Part shown: piece by piece, positions 45,922-55,479 of the stretch
How the letters are laid out: each line of letters starts with the position of its first letter
Numbering within the stretch: position 1 is the first letter of the stretch
NCBI GenBank assembly: GCA_023398335.1
Contig: JAEWSJ010000006.1
Span: forward strand, 70,446-134,445
DNA length: 64,000 nucleotides
Reading direction: 5' to 3'
Origin: Bacillota bacterium
Lineage (GTDB): Bacteria; Bacillota_I; Bacilli_A; RFN20; CAG-288
The notes under the pieces: generated by a model
The model's input: only the letters and a program-made list of their open reading frames with translations
The model's database searches: none
Told to the model about the DNA's origin: nothing
Position numbers and translations under genes: made by a program

Positions 45922-48672
45922 TTAACTTGCTTCCCAAGTTATAAATTCTGTAACATATAGAACATCATCGAAATATACATTTTTGTTAGCATCATTCCAT
46001 ATGATTATTTTTAATAGATTGGCGGGTTTGTTTATATATATTATACCATTAGTTGAGGTTGTTTTTATTGTCCCTGAAGAAGTACTGAAGGATGCTTGAT
46101 AAGTTAGGTATGCTCGACATTCCTCAATTGTTTTAGCGGTGTTTTGATTTGGATCGTAAATAAGGAAGTCAACATTAGCGATAACATCACTACCGAAGTT
46201 GACTATCTTTTCGTCACCTGCATTGCCCGCTTCTTGTCCTTGAGCAGCAATGTAATATATTTGACACGATTTATCAGGTGTACCAATAAAATAATCCCCT
46301 TGAGGTAACTTGAATGTATGTGCAAATAATTTTTCTCCATTTTGTTCAAAAGTTCCAGTGTTAGAAGTAAATTGACCACTGGTTGATTCAAAATTAAAGT
46401 AAGTAAAATCATCTTTTCCTAAAGTGGAAGAAGGAACATACATTGAATATGATGGCTTTTTACCTAATGCGTTTGCAGAAGTATTATATGTAGTATTTAA
46501 AGAGTATTTTTTATCATATACAGAAACATAACTTCCAGCTGTAGCATTTGATGAAGCAATAACGGTGACATTAGCACCATTTTTATTACTAATAGAGAAA
46601 TCAACACTCTTAGTTGCATAAAGGGAATCATTAAGAGTGATAGTTGGAATCGCACCTGTTGAGTTAGCATTTAAAGATAGATAAGAATCAATAGAGGTGA
46701 TATTTGATGTTGTTTCTGTTTCAGTATTAACGTTTTTAATCATCAGTCCAAAATTCTTAGTCCCAGGAGTAACAGATTGACCATTCTTATCGATTAACTT
46801 ATATTTGAAATACTCTTTAATAAAACTATTGTTAACATTGGAAAAATAATTATTTTCAAGGGCGTCAGAAGATTGTAAATCAAACTTCATAATAAAGTTT
46901 GTGTTTTTTTCTAAAGCTGGACTCCATGTATTAGCATCAGCATATGATGGTAATGTAGGGAAATTAAATATTCTATTTTGTAAATTTGTTGAATCGTATC
47001 CCCAACCTCTAACTGGGCTGCTACCATATTCTGTAGAAGTTATATTTGAATCATAGTATTCTGCGGTTGTATAGTAAACACTATTAAAGGCTTCAGAACG
47101 CTTAGTTACGTAATAACGATTTAAACTTTCGTTCTCTTTTTCTTGAACTAAGGCATAGTCATCTGTAATCATTTTAAAAATTCCTAAACCTCTGTTCATC
47201 TTTTCTTCATCTTTAATAAGTTGTTTTCCGACAAAGTGAACAGAATCTGTCGTTGAAGAAATAGGGGATTCTATAACTGTGGCATCAACTGGTTTTAATT
47301 TTTTTACAAGATACTTGTAATAAATGTTCTCAGAATCACCATTTGCAAAATAATAATGGTAGGCAGGATTATTACCAAATTCAGCTGCTTCAATTGTATT
47401 TGTGCCTAAAATTGTATCATAGACGTTTGTGAAGTTAATTAATCCTGTATCTCCAGAATTTGCTAAAGCCTCGGAAGGGGTTATGACATTGTCAATGTTT
47501 ATTCCTACTTCGCCTATGAGTCCAGAATCTGTTTCAGATAAAAGAGCAGTGGAGGCTGAAGTAATATAGTTATTTTCATTAGTTCCTTGATAAACATAAG
47601 CGTTCTTACACGAACCATCACAGTGACCAATAATATAACCAACATTATTGCCATGGATATATGGTGAAGTTGAGTCACCATCTTTTATAGCTTTTAAAGT
47701 AATAACAGGGACTCCATCGGTAATAGTATTTACTATACCAATTTTATAAGATCCTAAAATTCGTGAATAAATAATACCGTTGTAGTATTTTGAAGCGGTG
47801 AAATAGACACGGGTGTATATTGTTGATGTGCTTGAAATGAAATTCGTATTTTCCTTTAACGCAGCTAAATTAATAGCAAAATTTTTATTTGCTAAATTGT
47901 AAGTTAATACATCGTTAGCACAACGAGCATTATAAGTGTAGCCAGTAGTTGTTGGATATGTAACATCAAGAGTATCAGTATCTGTTAATGTAGGTGAAAG
48001 AAACTCTGTAGTAGTGTTAATATCAGTAACACCAGAAGCATTATGGAATCCTAAGCCAATACAGAAGGTTGTGGTATATAAGTCTCCTATGGCGGTGTTT
48101 GAATAACCATTATTTAACATTTTTAGATTTGTAAAACGAATTTGTTCAACATTAGAATTTGAGGCGGTATAGCCGAAAACACCATTATCTTCTGGAGAGC
48201 CATTTATTGTTAAGTTATTAATGGTTAAATTATTCCCATTAAATGAAGAGAAGAATGGTTGACCGGTACTACCGATTGGAATAAATGTTGAAGAGTAATT
48301 AGTCATATCTAGAACGTTTGTAGTTGTGGCATCAGCAGAATCACCTGTATATACAACTGGATTACCACTAGTATCACCTTTAAGACCAACTTTTCCTAAC
48401 TCAAAGTAATATTTTTCATTGGTAAAAACTCCTAATGATTGTAAACGAGTTAGGTTGTAGAAGTGATTTGGTCTTGTAATAACAAATGGATCTTCTTTGG
48501 TACCGACACCTTCTTCAAAGTATGATTGTAAACCAACCTGGCCTTGAATTTTATTTGAGTCATAACCATTAACGTATACCTTAAAAAGAGCGTATGTTGG
48601 TACGATAACAATTGATGAGGCGATGATTAAAGTTCCAGCTGCGCATAGATGCTTTTTCAATGAACTCATCAT
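45922..48672 (-). CDS. large surface protein with a TasA/SipW-type-like N-terminus and a GLUG-like module
   Basis: 916 aa. N-terminus ..LIIASSIVIVPTYALFKVYVNG, then GTKEDPFVITRPNHFYNL...FSSFNGNNLTINNLTINGSPEDNGVFGY...IRFTNLKM (GLUG-motif-like). The rest is Asn/Ser/Thr/Tyr-rich and looks beta-rich. Confidence 0.6.
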   Translation of the reverse strand: MMSSLKKHLCAAGTLIIASSIVIVPTYALFKVYVNGYDSNKIQGQVGLQSYFEEGVGTKEDPFVITRPNHFYNLTRLQSLGVFTNEKYYFELGKVGLKGDTSGNPVVYTGDSADATTTNVLDMTNYSSTFIPIGSTGQPFFSSFNGNNLTINNLTINGSPEDNGVFGYTASNSNVEQIRFTNLKMLNNGYSNTAIGDLYTTTFCIGLGFHNASGVTDINTTTEFLSPTLTDTDTLDVTYPTTTGYTYNARCANDVLTYNLANKNFAINLAALKENTNFISSTSTIYTRVYFTASKYYNGIIYSRILGSYKIGIVNTITDGVPVITLKAIKDGDSTSPYIHGNNVGYIIGHCDGSCKNAYVYQGTNENNYITSASTALLSETDSGLIGEVGINIDNVITPSEALANSGDTGLINFTNVYDTILGTNTIEAAEFGNNPAYHYYFANGDSENIYYKYLVKKLKPVDATVIESPISSTTDSVHFVGKQLIKDEEKMNRGLGIFKMITDDYALVQEKENESLNRYYVTKRSEAFNSVYYTTAEYYDSNITSTEYGSSPVRGWGYDSTNLQNRIFNFPTLPSYADANTWSPALEKNTNFIMKFDLQSSDALENNYFSNVNNSFIKEYFKYKLIDKNGQSVTPGTKNFGLMIKNVNTETETTSNITSIDSYLSLNANSTGAIPTITLNDSLYATKSVDFSISNKNGANVTVIASSNATAGSYVSVYDKKYSLNTTYNTSANALGKKPSYSMYVPSSTLGKDDFTYFNFESTSGQFTSNTGTFEQNGEKLFAHTFKLPQGDYFIGTPDKSCQIYYIAAQGQEAGNAGDEKIVNFGSDVIANVDFLIYDPNQNTAKTIEECRAYLTYQASFSTSSGTIKTTSTNGIIYINKPANLLKIIIWNDANKNVYFDDVLYVTEFITWEAS

Positions 48673-48673
48673 A

Positions 48674-49492
48674 TTATATTTGCTCCGCTACAATTGTGAA
48701 ATTGTAGTCCATATCTAAAGTGTAAGGGTTTGTTAATTCAAGTGCTTGGAAGTAATTAATGCAAGCGGCTTGGTTGTAATCAATACTTAAATAAAATGTG
48801 ATATTTTGAATTTGATCTTCACCTATAGCGGTAATTGAAGGAATCTCATAGAGATTTATCTCAGAAACACTATTAGAGAAAAAATTAACTCTATTAGAAG
48901 AAACACCTTCAAATAATTTTTTGTTAGTATAAAACACTTTATCTTTATCTGCGGTATAAGTAGTATCTACAACAGCGGTGTCATAAGCACTTGAACTAAT
49001 GGATAAAAAATCCATAAAGTCACTTGCTCTTAAAGTCCTTTTTGTATCATCATCGGTAATCCAAGAAGCTTTTTTAGTAGCTTTCATAGTTAGTTTATAG
49101 TTGATGGATGAACGATAATTCAAAGATATTTTAAGTACGACGTTTGTGTTTAAATCTGAAACTGATTTATCTGGGTTAATTGTTAAGTAGGCTGGATCGA
49201 ACATGTTCATCATATATTGGGCGGTAGTAGTAGTTAGTTGATATGGATCGTGTACTGCACCATCTTTAGAATTATAATCAATCAGCGTTGTTCCATTAAT
49301 ATAAGGGAATTCAAAACGATATAATTCGATGGAAGAAGAATCAATAGATAATGAACCTGAAGTAATAATATTTATAATATCAACATTCTTATTGTAATTT
49401 ATCCAAGCAAAAGATACGCCACTAACAACTAGAGTAGTGGAAGAGAAAGCGATAATTCCAAGCTGAAGAAATTTAATTGTTTTCTTATTCAT
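48674..49492 (-). CDS. TasA/camelysin-like small subunit candidate (unknown function)
   Basis: 272 aa. N-terminus MNKKTIKFLQLGIIAFSSTTLVVSGVSFAWINYNKNVDIINIITSGSLSI, paralogous to the N-domain of the 504-aa protein. Confidence 0.55.
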   Translation of the reverse strand: MNKKTIKFLQLGIIAFSSTTLVVSGVSFAWINYNKNVDIINIITSGSLSIDSSSIELYRFEFPYINGTTLIDYNSKDGAVHDPYQLTTTTAQYMMNMFDPAYLTINPDKSVSDLNTNVVLKISLNYRSSINYKLTMKATKKASWITDDDTKRTLRASDFMDFLSISSSAYDTAVVDTTYTADKDKVFYTNKKLFEGVSSNRVNFFSNSVSEINLYEIPSITAIGEDQIQNITFYLSIDYNQAACINYFQALELTNPYTLDMDYNFTIVAEQI

Positions 49493-50999
49493 TGGCTAAA
49501 GTCCACCTTGCATACAAAGTAATATTGTTTGTGTAATTTGAAATTGTTGTTGATGTAACTAAATTTCCACCTAAAGTAGAATCGTACCAACCAACAAAAA
49601 CATAACCTCCTCTTTCAGGAACTGGTAATGTTCCTAAAACATTGCCATAGGTAGCAGTAATAGGAGTACACTTGGTGCCGTTTTGTGAATCGAATGTAAT
49701 TGTTATCACAAGCGGACTAAATTGAGCATAGTAAGTTTTGTCATCGGTAAAATGACAAATATCAATATCTCGTAATTTTGTTCCACCTGTAGCTTTATCA
49801 TACCAGCCGTTAAAGATATGACCTTTTTTGTATGGAACTGGAAGAGAACCGATAGATGAGCCATAAGTAACACCATATGTAGTAACATTTGGTGATATTG
49901 ATGTTCCGCCGTTTGTGGAATAATCTAGGGTTAGAGTTGAGGTATCTGGAGTCCAATGGGCGTAGAGATGCGAAAGACCTTTTACCATTGTTGAAGTAGC
50001 AGTATATTGTGTTCCTCCTTCAATTTTATCGAACCAACCAGCAAAAGTATAACCATTACGTGTTGGATCTTCGAAATTACTTAAGAAAGACATTGCTTCA
50101 CCAACCGAAGGAAAATAAGGCTTTTTGGTATCAATCGTACTGTTTGTTGCGCCGTTAAGTGAAATCCAGACTTCATTTACATTGCGAGGAACAATTGATA
50201 ATTCTTTAATTTCAAAGCTTAATCCAGAATAGGCTGTAGAATTTCCGTTGACGTTTTTAACGTAATTAGTAATATTGTTGTCTGTGGAATATTCCGAATA
50301 ATACGTTGATTCCGAATCGGAGTAACCAATGGTAAAAAGGAATACAACTGTATTTGTAACTGCGGTATATGGAAAAATAAGTGAATTTGATATTTCATAT
50401 GGACCTTTTTCATCTAAATCGAAATTGAATGAATTAACATGAGAAGTAGAATTGATAAAATTAGTAGCAAAAGTACTTGCGTTTTCAGCAGTTGAATAAG
50501 TGAAAGAAGTTCCAGTTATGGAGATAGCAGAGGCTAGACAAATACCGCTTTTTTTATATAAGTCGAATTCAGTTTTAGATGGTAATGAAATAAAATTTGA
50601 AAGATTAAATTTAATTAATTTTTCATAGGTAAAATTAGATATAACTTCAATTGCAAAAGTATATCTAAATTGTGGGGCTGAATTTGCAATATTGAATAAA
50701 GTATTTGTTAATTCTTTGGTTGGTTCAGCAAAATCTGTTTCATAGTTAACAGATTCTATTCCTGAAGTTGTAGAAGTATAACCACAATACTTTTTTGAGG
50801 TGTCACCATCTTTGAAATTGTATTTGTAGTACTTTGCTTTAATACTTAATCCAGATCCAACGGAAATAGAGTTATATGTTAAGTTTGTATTTCTGTTTGC
50901 AATAAACCAAGCAAAAGAAGAAATAGTTAAAACGAACACTGAAAAAACGACCATACATAGGTTTAATGCTAAAACTAAATATCTTTTTTTCAATTTCAT
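49485..50999 (-). CDS. TasA/camelysin-like N-domain fused to three Listeria-Bacteroides (Flg_new / InlB B-repeat) repeats
   Basis: 504 aa. N-terminus ..VFVLTISSFAWFIANRNTNLTYNSISVGSGLSI. C-terminal repeats contain GYTFAGWFDKIEGGTQY, GHIFNGWYDKATGGTKL and GYVFVGWYDSTLGGNLV. Confidence 0.65.
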   Translation of the reverse strand: MKLKKRYLVLALNLCMVVFSVFVLTISSFAWFIANRNTNLTYNSISVGSGLSIKAKYYKYNFKDGDTSKKYCGYTSTTSGIESVNYETDFAEPTKELTNTLFNIANSAPQFRYTFAIEVISNFTYEKLIKFNLSNFISLPSKTEFDLYKKSGICLASAISITGTSFTYSTAENASTFATNFINSTSHVNSFNFDLDEKGPYEISNSLIFPYTAVTNTVVFLFTIGYSDSESTYYSEYSTDNNITNYVKNVNGNSTAYSGLSFEIKELSIVPRNVNEVWISLNGATNSTIDTKKPYFPSVGEAMSFLSNFEDPTRNGYTFAGWFDKIEGGTQYTATSTMVKGLSHLYAHWTPDTSTLTLDYSTNGGTSISPNVTTYGVTYGSSIGSLPVPYKKGHIFNGWYDKATGGTKLRDIDICHFTDDKTYYAQFSPLVITITFDSQNGTKCTPITATYGNVLGTLPVPERGGYVFVGWYDSTLGGNLVTSTTISNYTNNITLYARWTLANE

Positions 51000-51309
51000 T
51001 AAAGCTCCTTTTTTTGTAGACGTTGCGATAGATTATGGTTGCAACTGGCTATCCTAACAAAAAAGAGGATCCTTTAGTTTTGCGTCACTAGATTACTCTA
51101 GTTTTGCCTTTTTTTAACGTTATTAGTATCGTACTTTTTTCAAAAAAAATCAAGTGCTTATATATTATATATATACTTCTTTCAATAATTACTCTTTTAT
51201 CAAGTTAATAATTTATTTAATTTTCAACTGCTTTTTTGTTAAAAAGCATTCCTTTTCATTGAGTTTACGAAATGTATGTATTATATTGATAAAAGATTGA
51301 GAGGAAAAA

Positions 51310-54204
51310 ATGAATAATTATTTAAAGATTGAGAGCAAATATATTAAAGATATTGACTCGGAAGTCACAATTTATCGTCATATTAAATCAGGTGCGAGAA
51401 TATGCACAATGAAAAATACTGATCCAAATAAAGTGTTTGCAATTGCATTTAGAACACCTGCCAAGGATTCAACTGGTTTAACCCATATTTTAGAACACTC
51501 TGTTCTTTGCGGATCAGATAAATATCCGGTGAAGGATCCATTTGTTGAATTACTTAAGGGTTCGCTAAATACTTTTTTGAACGCATTTACTTATCCTGAT
51601 AAAACTTGTTATCCAGTAGCTTCATTAAATTTGGCGGATTTTAAGAATTTAATGAGTGTTTATCTTGATTCGGTTTTTAATCCTAACATTTATAAGCATA
51701 AGGAAATATTTTTACAAGAAGGATGGCATTATCAAATAACAGATAAAAATGATCCATTGACGATTAATGGTGTTGTTTATAATGAAATGAAAGGATCATT
51801 TTCAAGTAAAGATACAATTCTTTTTAATGCTGTTCAAAGCTCATTATTACGAAATACAAGTTACAACTTTATCTCTGGTGGTGATCCAAAACATATTCCA
51901 GAATTATCTTATGAAGATTTCTTAGATTTTCATAAGAAATACTACAGTCCATCAAATTCTTATATTTATGTTTATGGTGACATCGATATGGAAGAAAGAC
52001 TAGAGTATCTTGACCAAGAATATTTATCTAAGTACGATATTGTTGATTTTGATACCAAGATTAAGACGCAACGTAGCTTTACTAAAACTGTAGAAGTTAC
52101 AGAGTATTACCCAATAAGTAATGAAGAAGATGAAGAAGAGAAAGCCACAATAGTTTATTCATATTTACTTCCAAAAAATATTGATCGAATTGCACTTGGT
52201 ATTCTTGATACAGTCATGATTGATTCTCCAGCGTCATTATTTACCAAGAGACTTCTTGAAAGAAATTTATGTAAGAGTGTTTCTGGTGGCTTTGAATCTG
52301 AGATTAACCAACCATGTTTCTTAATAATTTGTGAAGGAAGCGATGTTTCAAAGAAAGACGAGATAAAACGTACCATTGATGAAGTGTTTGAAGAATACAT
52401 CAATGGAGGTTTAGATCACTCCTACATTGAATCAACAATATGTTTTGAAGAATTTAAGCAAAGAGAAAAGAATGCTGGATATATTCCAGTTGGGCTTCTT
52501 TATATCATGTCCTCATTGTCTTCTTGGTTGTACGATGATTCAAAACCATACGCACATCTTGAAAATTTAAAACATTTTAAGAAATTGAAAAAAGTATTAG
52601 ATACAGATTATTTTGAAAAAGTATTAACGAAATGCTTTGTCGATAATAAATCACGCTCCTTAGTGTGTCTTGTACCTTCAAAGACTTTAAAAAGCAAGAA
52701 TGATATAAAACTTAAAAAACAACTTGCGGACTATAAAAAATCCTTGTCTGATAAACAATTAGATGAACTAATTGAAATGAATAAGAACTTAGTAAAGTAT
52801 CAAGAAGCAGAGCCAACTAAAGAAGAAATAGATACCTTACCAAAGCTTACTATTGATGATATCAAAGAAGGCGAAGATCTTCTCGAATGTAAAAAAGATA
52901 AAATTGATGATATTGTAACTTATAAAGCTTTTGATAACTCTAAAGGCATTGGTTATTGTAAATACTTTTTTGATGTATCAGATATCGACAAGAAGGATTT
53001 ACCATATCTTAAAATATTAAGTTCGTTATTATTTGAATTAAGAACTGATAAGAAAGATGAAACCGAACTTGATAAAGAAGAAAACATCATTTCTGGTGAA
53101 ATGAAAGCTAAGATAAATAAAAGCTTTAATAACAATATTAAATTATTTTTCGAAGTTGGTTATAGTGCTTTATATGAAAACATTGGAAAATGTAATAACT
53201 TAGTTAAAGAAGTTTTGTTTGAAAGTAAACTTGATAATAATTCTAAAGTTAAAGAAAAGGTTGATGAATTATGTATCGCATTTGAAGATAAAATTATATC
53301 TCGTGGCGACGTATATGCTTCCTTAAGAGCTTCTTCTTACGTAGATGAAAATTACTATAACAATGAATTGATATCTGGAATTTCTTTTCTTGATTTTGTT
53401 AAGGATTTGTCTAAGAATTATGCATCAAGAGAGAAAGAATTAATGGCAACACTAAAAAGACTTATAGCTACATATTTTGTTTCTTCGCGATTATTTGTAA
53501 GTTATGGTGGTGAGAAAAAAGGATATAGAGAATTTGTTTCTAGCGTCAAAGACTTTGTTTCTTGTCTTCCACAAGGTGAAAAGGTCAAAGTTACTAAATC
53601 TTCTTTTGTTCCTAAATTAGTTAATGAAGCAATCGAAACTGAAGGAGACGTTTGTTATGTTGTTCGCGCGATGAATAATTTAGTGGATAAAATTAATTAC
53701 AAAGATATAGGGGCATATTCAGTCTTAAATGTCTTAATTGATTTTGATTATTTATGGGCGAACGTAAGAGTAAAAGGTGGCGCTTATGGTTGTAGTTTAG
53801 CTATGACAAAATTTGGTCAAATTAGATTAAGTTCATTTAGAGATCCTAATTTAGCAGCAACTGATAAAGTATATATGAACACTCCAAAATTCATATCAAA
53901 TATTAAATGCAATAAGGAAGAATTATTGAAGTTTAAGATTGGTGCTATATCGAGAATTCAAGGTCCGTTTAATGCCGTTGGTAGATTATCACAAGCATTG
54001 GAATATAAACTTGCAGGTTATACAAATGAGATGATTAAGCAAAATCGAAATGAAATTATTCTAACTACCGAACAAGATTTGGTTGATTCGGCTAAGATGA
54101 TGGAAAAAGCTTTAGAAATATCAAATCTATGCGTTGTTGGCAATTCGAAAATTATTGAAGAGAACAAAGACAAATTTGATGTTATTCGTAAATTAGTTAA
54201 GTAA
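51310..54204 (+). CDS. M16C family metallopeptidase (PreP/presequence-protease-like)
   Basis: 964 aa. GLTHILEHSVLCGSDKYP (HxxEH) and VVYNEMKG. Size and four-domain layout are typical of M16C. Confidence 0.85.
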   Translation: MNNYLKIESKYIKDIDSEVTIYRHIKSGARICTMKNTDPNKVFAIAFRTPAKDSTGLTHILEHSVLCGSDKYPVKDPFVELLKGSLNTFLNAFTYPDKTCYPVASLNLADFKNLMSVYLDSVFNPNIYKHKEIFLQEGWHYQITDKNDPLTINGVVYNEMKGSFSSKDTILFNAVQSSLLRNTSYNFISGGDPKHIPELSYEDFLDFHKKYYSPSNSYIYVYGDIDMEERLEYLDQEYLSKYDIVDFDTKIKTQRSFTKTVEVTEYYPISNEEDEEEKATIVYSYLLPKNIDRIALGILDTVMIDSPASLFTKRLLERNLCKSVSGGFESEINQPCFLIICEGSDVSKKDEIKRTIDEVFEEYINGGLDHSYIESTICFEEFKQREKNAGYIPVGLLYIMSSLSSWLYDDSKPYAHLENLKHFKKLKKVLDTDYFEKVLTKCFVDNKSRSLVCLVPSKTLKSKNDIKLKKQLADYKKSLSDKQLDELIEMNKNLVKYQEAEPTKEEIDTLPKLTIDDIKEGEDLLECKKDKIDDIVTYKAFDNSKGIGYCKYFFDVSDIDKKDLPYLKILSSLLFELRTDKKDETELDKEENIISGEMKAKINKSFNNNIKLFFEVGYSALYENIGKCNNLVKEVLFESKLDNNSKVKEKVDELCIAFEDKIISRGDVYASLRASSYVDENYYNNELISGISFLDFVKDLSKNYASREKELMATLKRLIATYFVSSRLFVSYGGEKKGYREFVSSVKDFVSCLPQGEKVKVTKSSFVPKLVNEAIETEGDVCYVVRAMNNLVDKINYKDIGAYSVLNVLIDFDYLWANVRVKGGAYGCSLAMTKFGQIRLSSFRDPNLAATDKVYMNTPKFISNIKCNKEELLKFKIGAISRIQGPFNAVGRLSQALEYKLAGYTNEMIKQNRNEIILTTEQDLVDSAKMMEKALEISNLCVVGNSKIIEENKDKFDVIRKLVK

Positions 54205-54206
54205 AC

Positions 54207-54244
54207 AAAAAGCCAGTTCGGAATTGTACAGAGCTGGCTTTTTA
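54207..54244. terminator. bidirectional terminator between the M16C gene and pfp
   Basis: AAAA-AGCCAG...CTGGCT-TTTTT. Confidence 0.75.
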
Positions 54245-54248
54245 AATC

Positions 54249-55463
54249 TTATTTTATTTTAGAAAATCTAACAACTCCATTGACAAACTTAGAGTTGTTT
54301 TCACCTATAAGCAATGGAGTAATATAGGTTTCAAACTCTTTTGTCATGAAGTTTCCTTCTTTGTTAATCATGCTGATTGGAACGATTTTTTCAACGTTAG
54401 CTACATTTTCTAATTTACAAGTAACGTATTTAATTTTGTATGGAAGAGAAGATACTCTTTCTATACAAACCATCTTTCCACTTTGGCCTTTAAGTGCAAA
54501 CTCCAAGGCTTTTTCGCCTGTCTTAATTGCTTCTTTAACATCGGTTAAAGAAGACAAATGTGTGGCTGAACGTTGGAGTAAAGAAGGCTCAATACTTCTG
54601 GTGTTATATCCTTTTTCTTGTAATAAATTTGAAAGATATAATCCAACTCCACCCATTTGTGAATGTCCAAAAGCATCTTTAGATTTTTGTTCGGAAATAA
54701 AGTTTCCATTCTTGTCTTTAATACCTTCTGATACTGCAACTAAGCAGGAATTTTTATTGTTGTATATTTTTGTTACATCAGCAATAAATTTATCTAAATC
54801 AAATGGTACTTCAGGAAGATAAATTAAATCAGGACCATAGCCATTGATGGAAGCAATATAACTAGATGCTGTTAACCATCCAGCGTTACGTCCCATAATC
54901 TCAACGATATTTATTCGTCCTTTTGGATAACACTTTGAATCATATCCTAATTCCATAATCGAATTAATTAAGTATTTTGCAGTTGAGGCGAAGCCAGGAG
55001 TATGGTCAGTTAATGGTAAATCATTATCGATAGTTTTTGGAATACCAATAACGCGACAATCGTATTTTACTGTTTTTAAATATCGATTTATTTTATCGCA
55101 GGTATCCATCGAATCATTTCCACCATTGTAGAAAAAATAACGTATGTTATACTTTTGAAATATTTTCAAAATAATTTTATAGGCGGTATCGTCTTCTTTG
55201 AAGTCTTTTAATTTGTATCTAACAGAGCCGAAGGCAGCACCTGGAGTGTGAGGAAGAAGCTCGATATCCTCTTTATTTTGCGTATCAATGTCGTAAAGGT
55301 TATCTTCTAAGATACCTTTAATTCCATTTTTTGCAGCGTAGATTTTACCGATTACATCACGGTGCTTATTCGCACATTTAATTACTCCATAGGCAGAAGA
55401 ATTGATTACTGGAGATGGTCCTCCAGATTGTCCGTAAAGAACGTTTCCTTTTAATACCGACAT
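54249..55463 (-). CDS. pfp: 6-phosphofructokinase, pyrophosphate-dependent type by signature residues
   Basis: 404 aa. YGQSGGPSPVIN, GGNDSMDT (Asp at the position equivalent to E. coli PfkA Gly104) and IGIPKTIDNDL (Lys at the Gly124 position). Confidence 0.8.
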   Translation of the reverse strand: MSVLKGNVLYGQSGGPSPVINSSAYGVIKCANKHRDVIGKIYAAKNGIKGILEDNLYDIDTQNKEDIELLPHTPGAAFGSVRYKLKDFKEDDTAYKIILKIFQKYNIRYFFYNGGNDSMDTCDKINRYLKTVKYDCRVIGIPKTIDNDLPLTDHTPGFASTAKYLINSIMELGYDSKCYPKGRINIVEIMGRNAGWLTASSYIASINGYGPDLIYLPEVPFDLDKFIADVTKIYNNKNSCLVAVSEGIKDKNGNFISEQKSKDAFGHSQMGGVGLYLSNLLQEKGYNTRSIEPSLLQRSATHLSSLTDVKEAIKTGEKALEFALKGQSGKMVCIERVSSLPYKIKYVTCKLENVANVEKIVPISMINKEGNFMTKEFETYITPLLIGENNSKFVNGVVRFSKIK

Positions 55464-55479
55464 AAAGATTTCCTTTCTT

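Noticed and set aside
51001-51309. Possible structured leader RNA upstream of the surface operon (short hairpins CTAGA-GTAA-TCTAG and GTTGC..GCAAC; T7 and A8 homopolymer tracts)
   Set aside because: The stems are only 5 bp and there is no conserved riboswitch motif. Homopolymer runs of this length are common in AT-rich DNA, and phase variation cannot be argued from one sequence.
54346-54822. 158-aa plus-strand ORF inside pfp
   Set aside because: It is antisense to a gene with complete PFK motifs and has no independent support.
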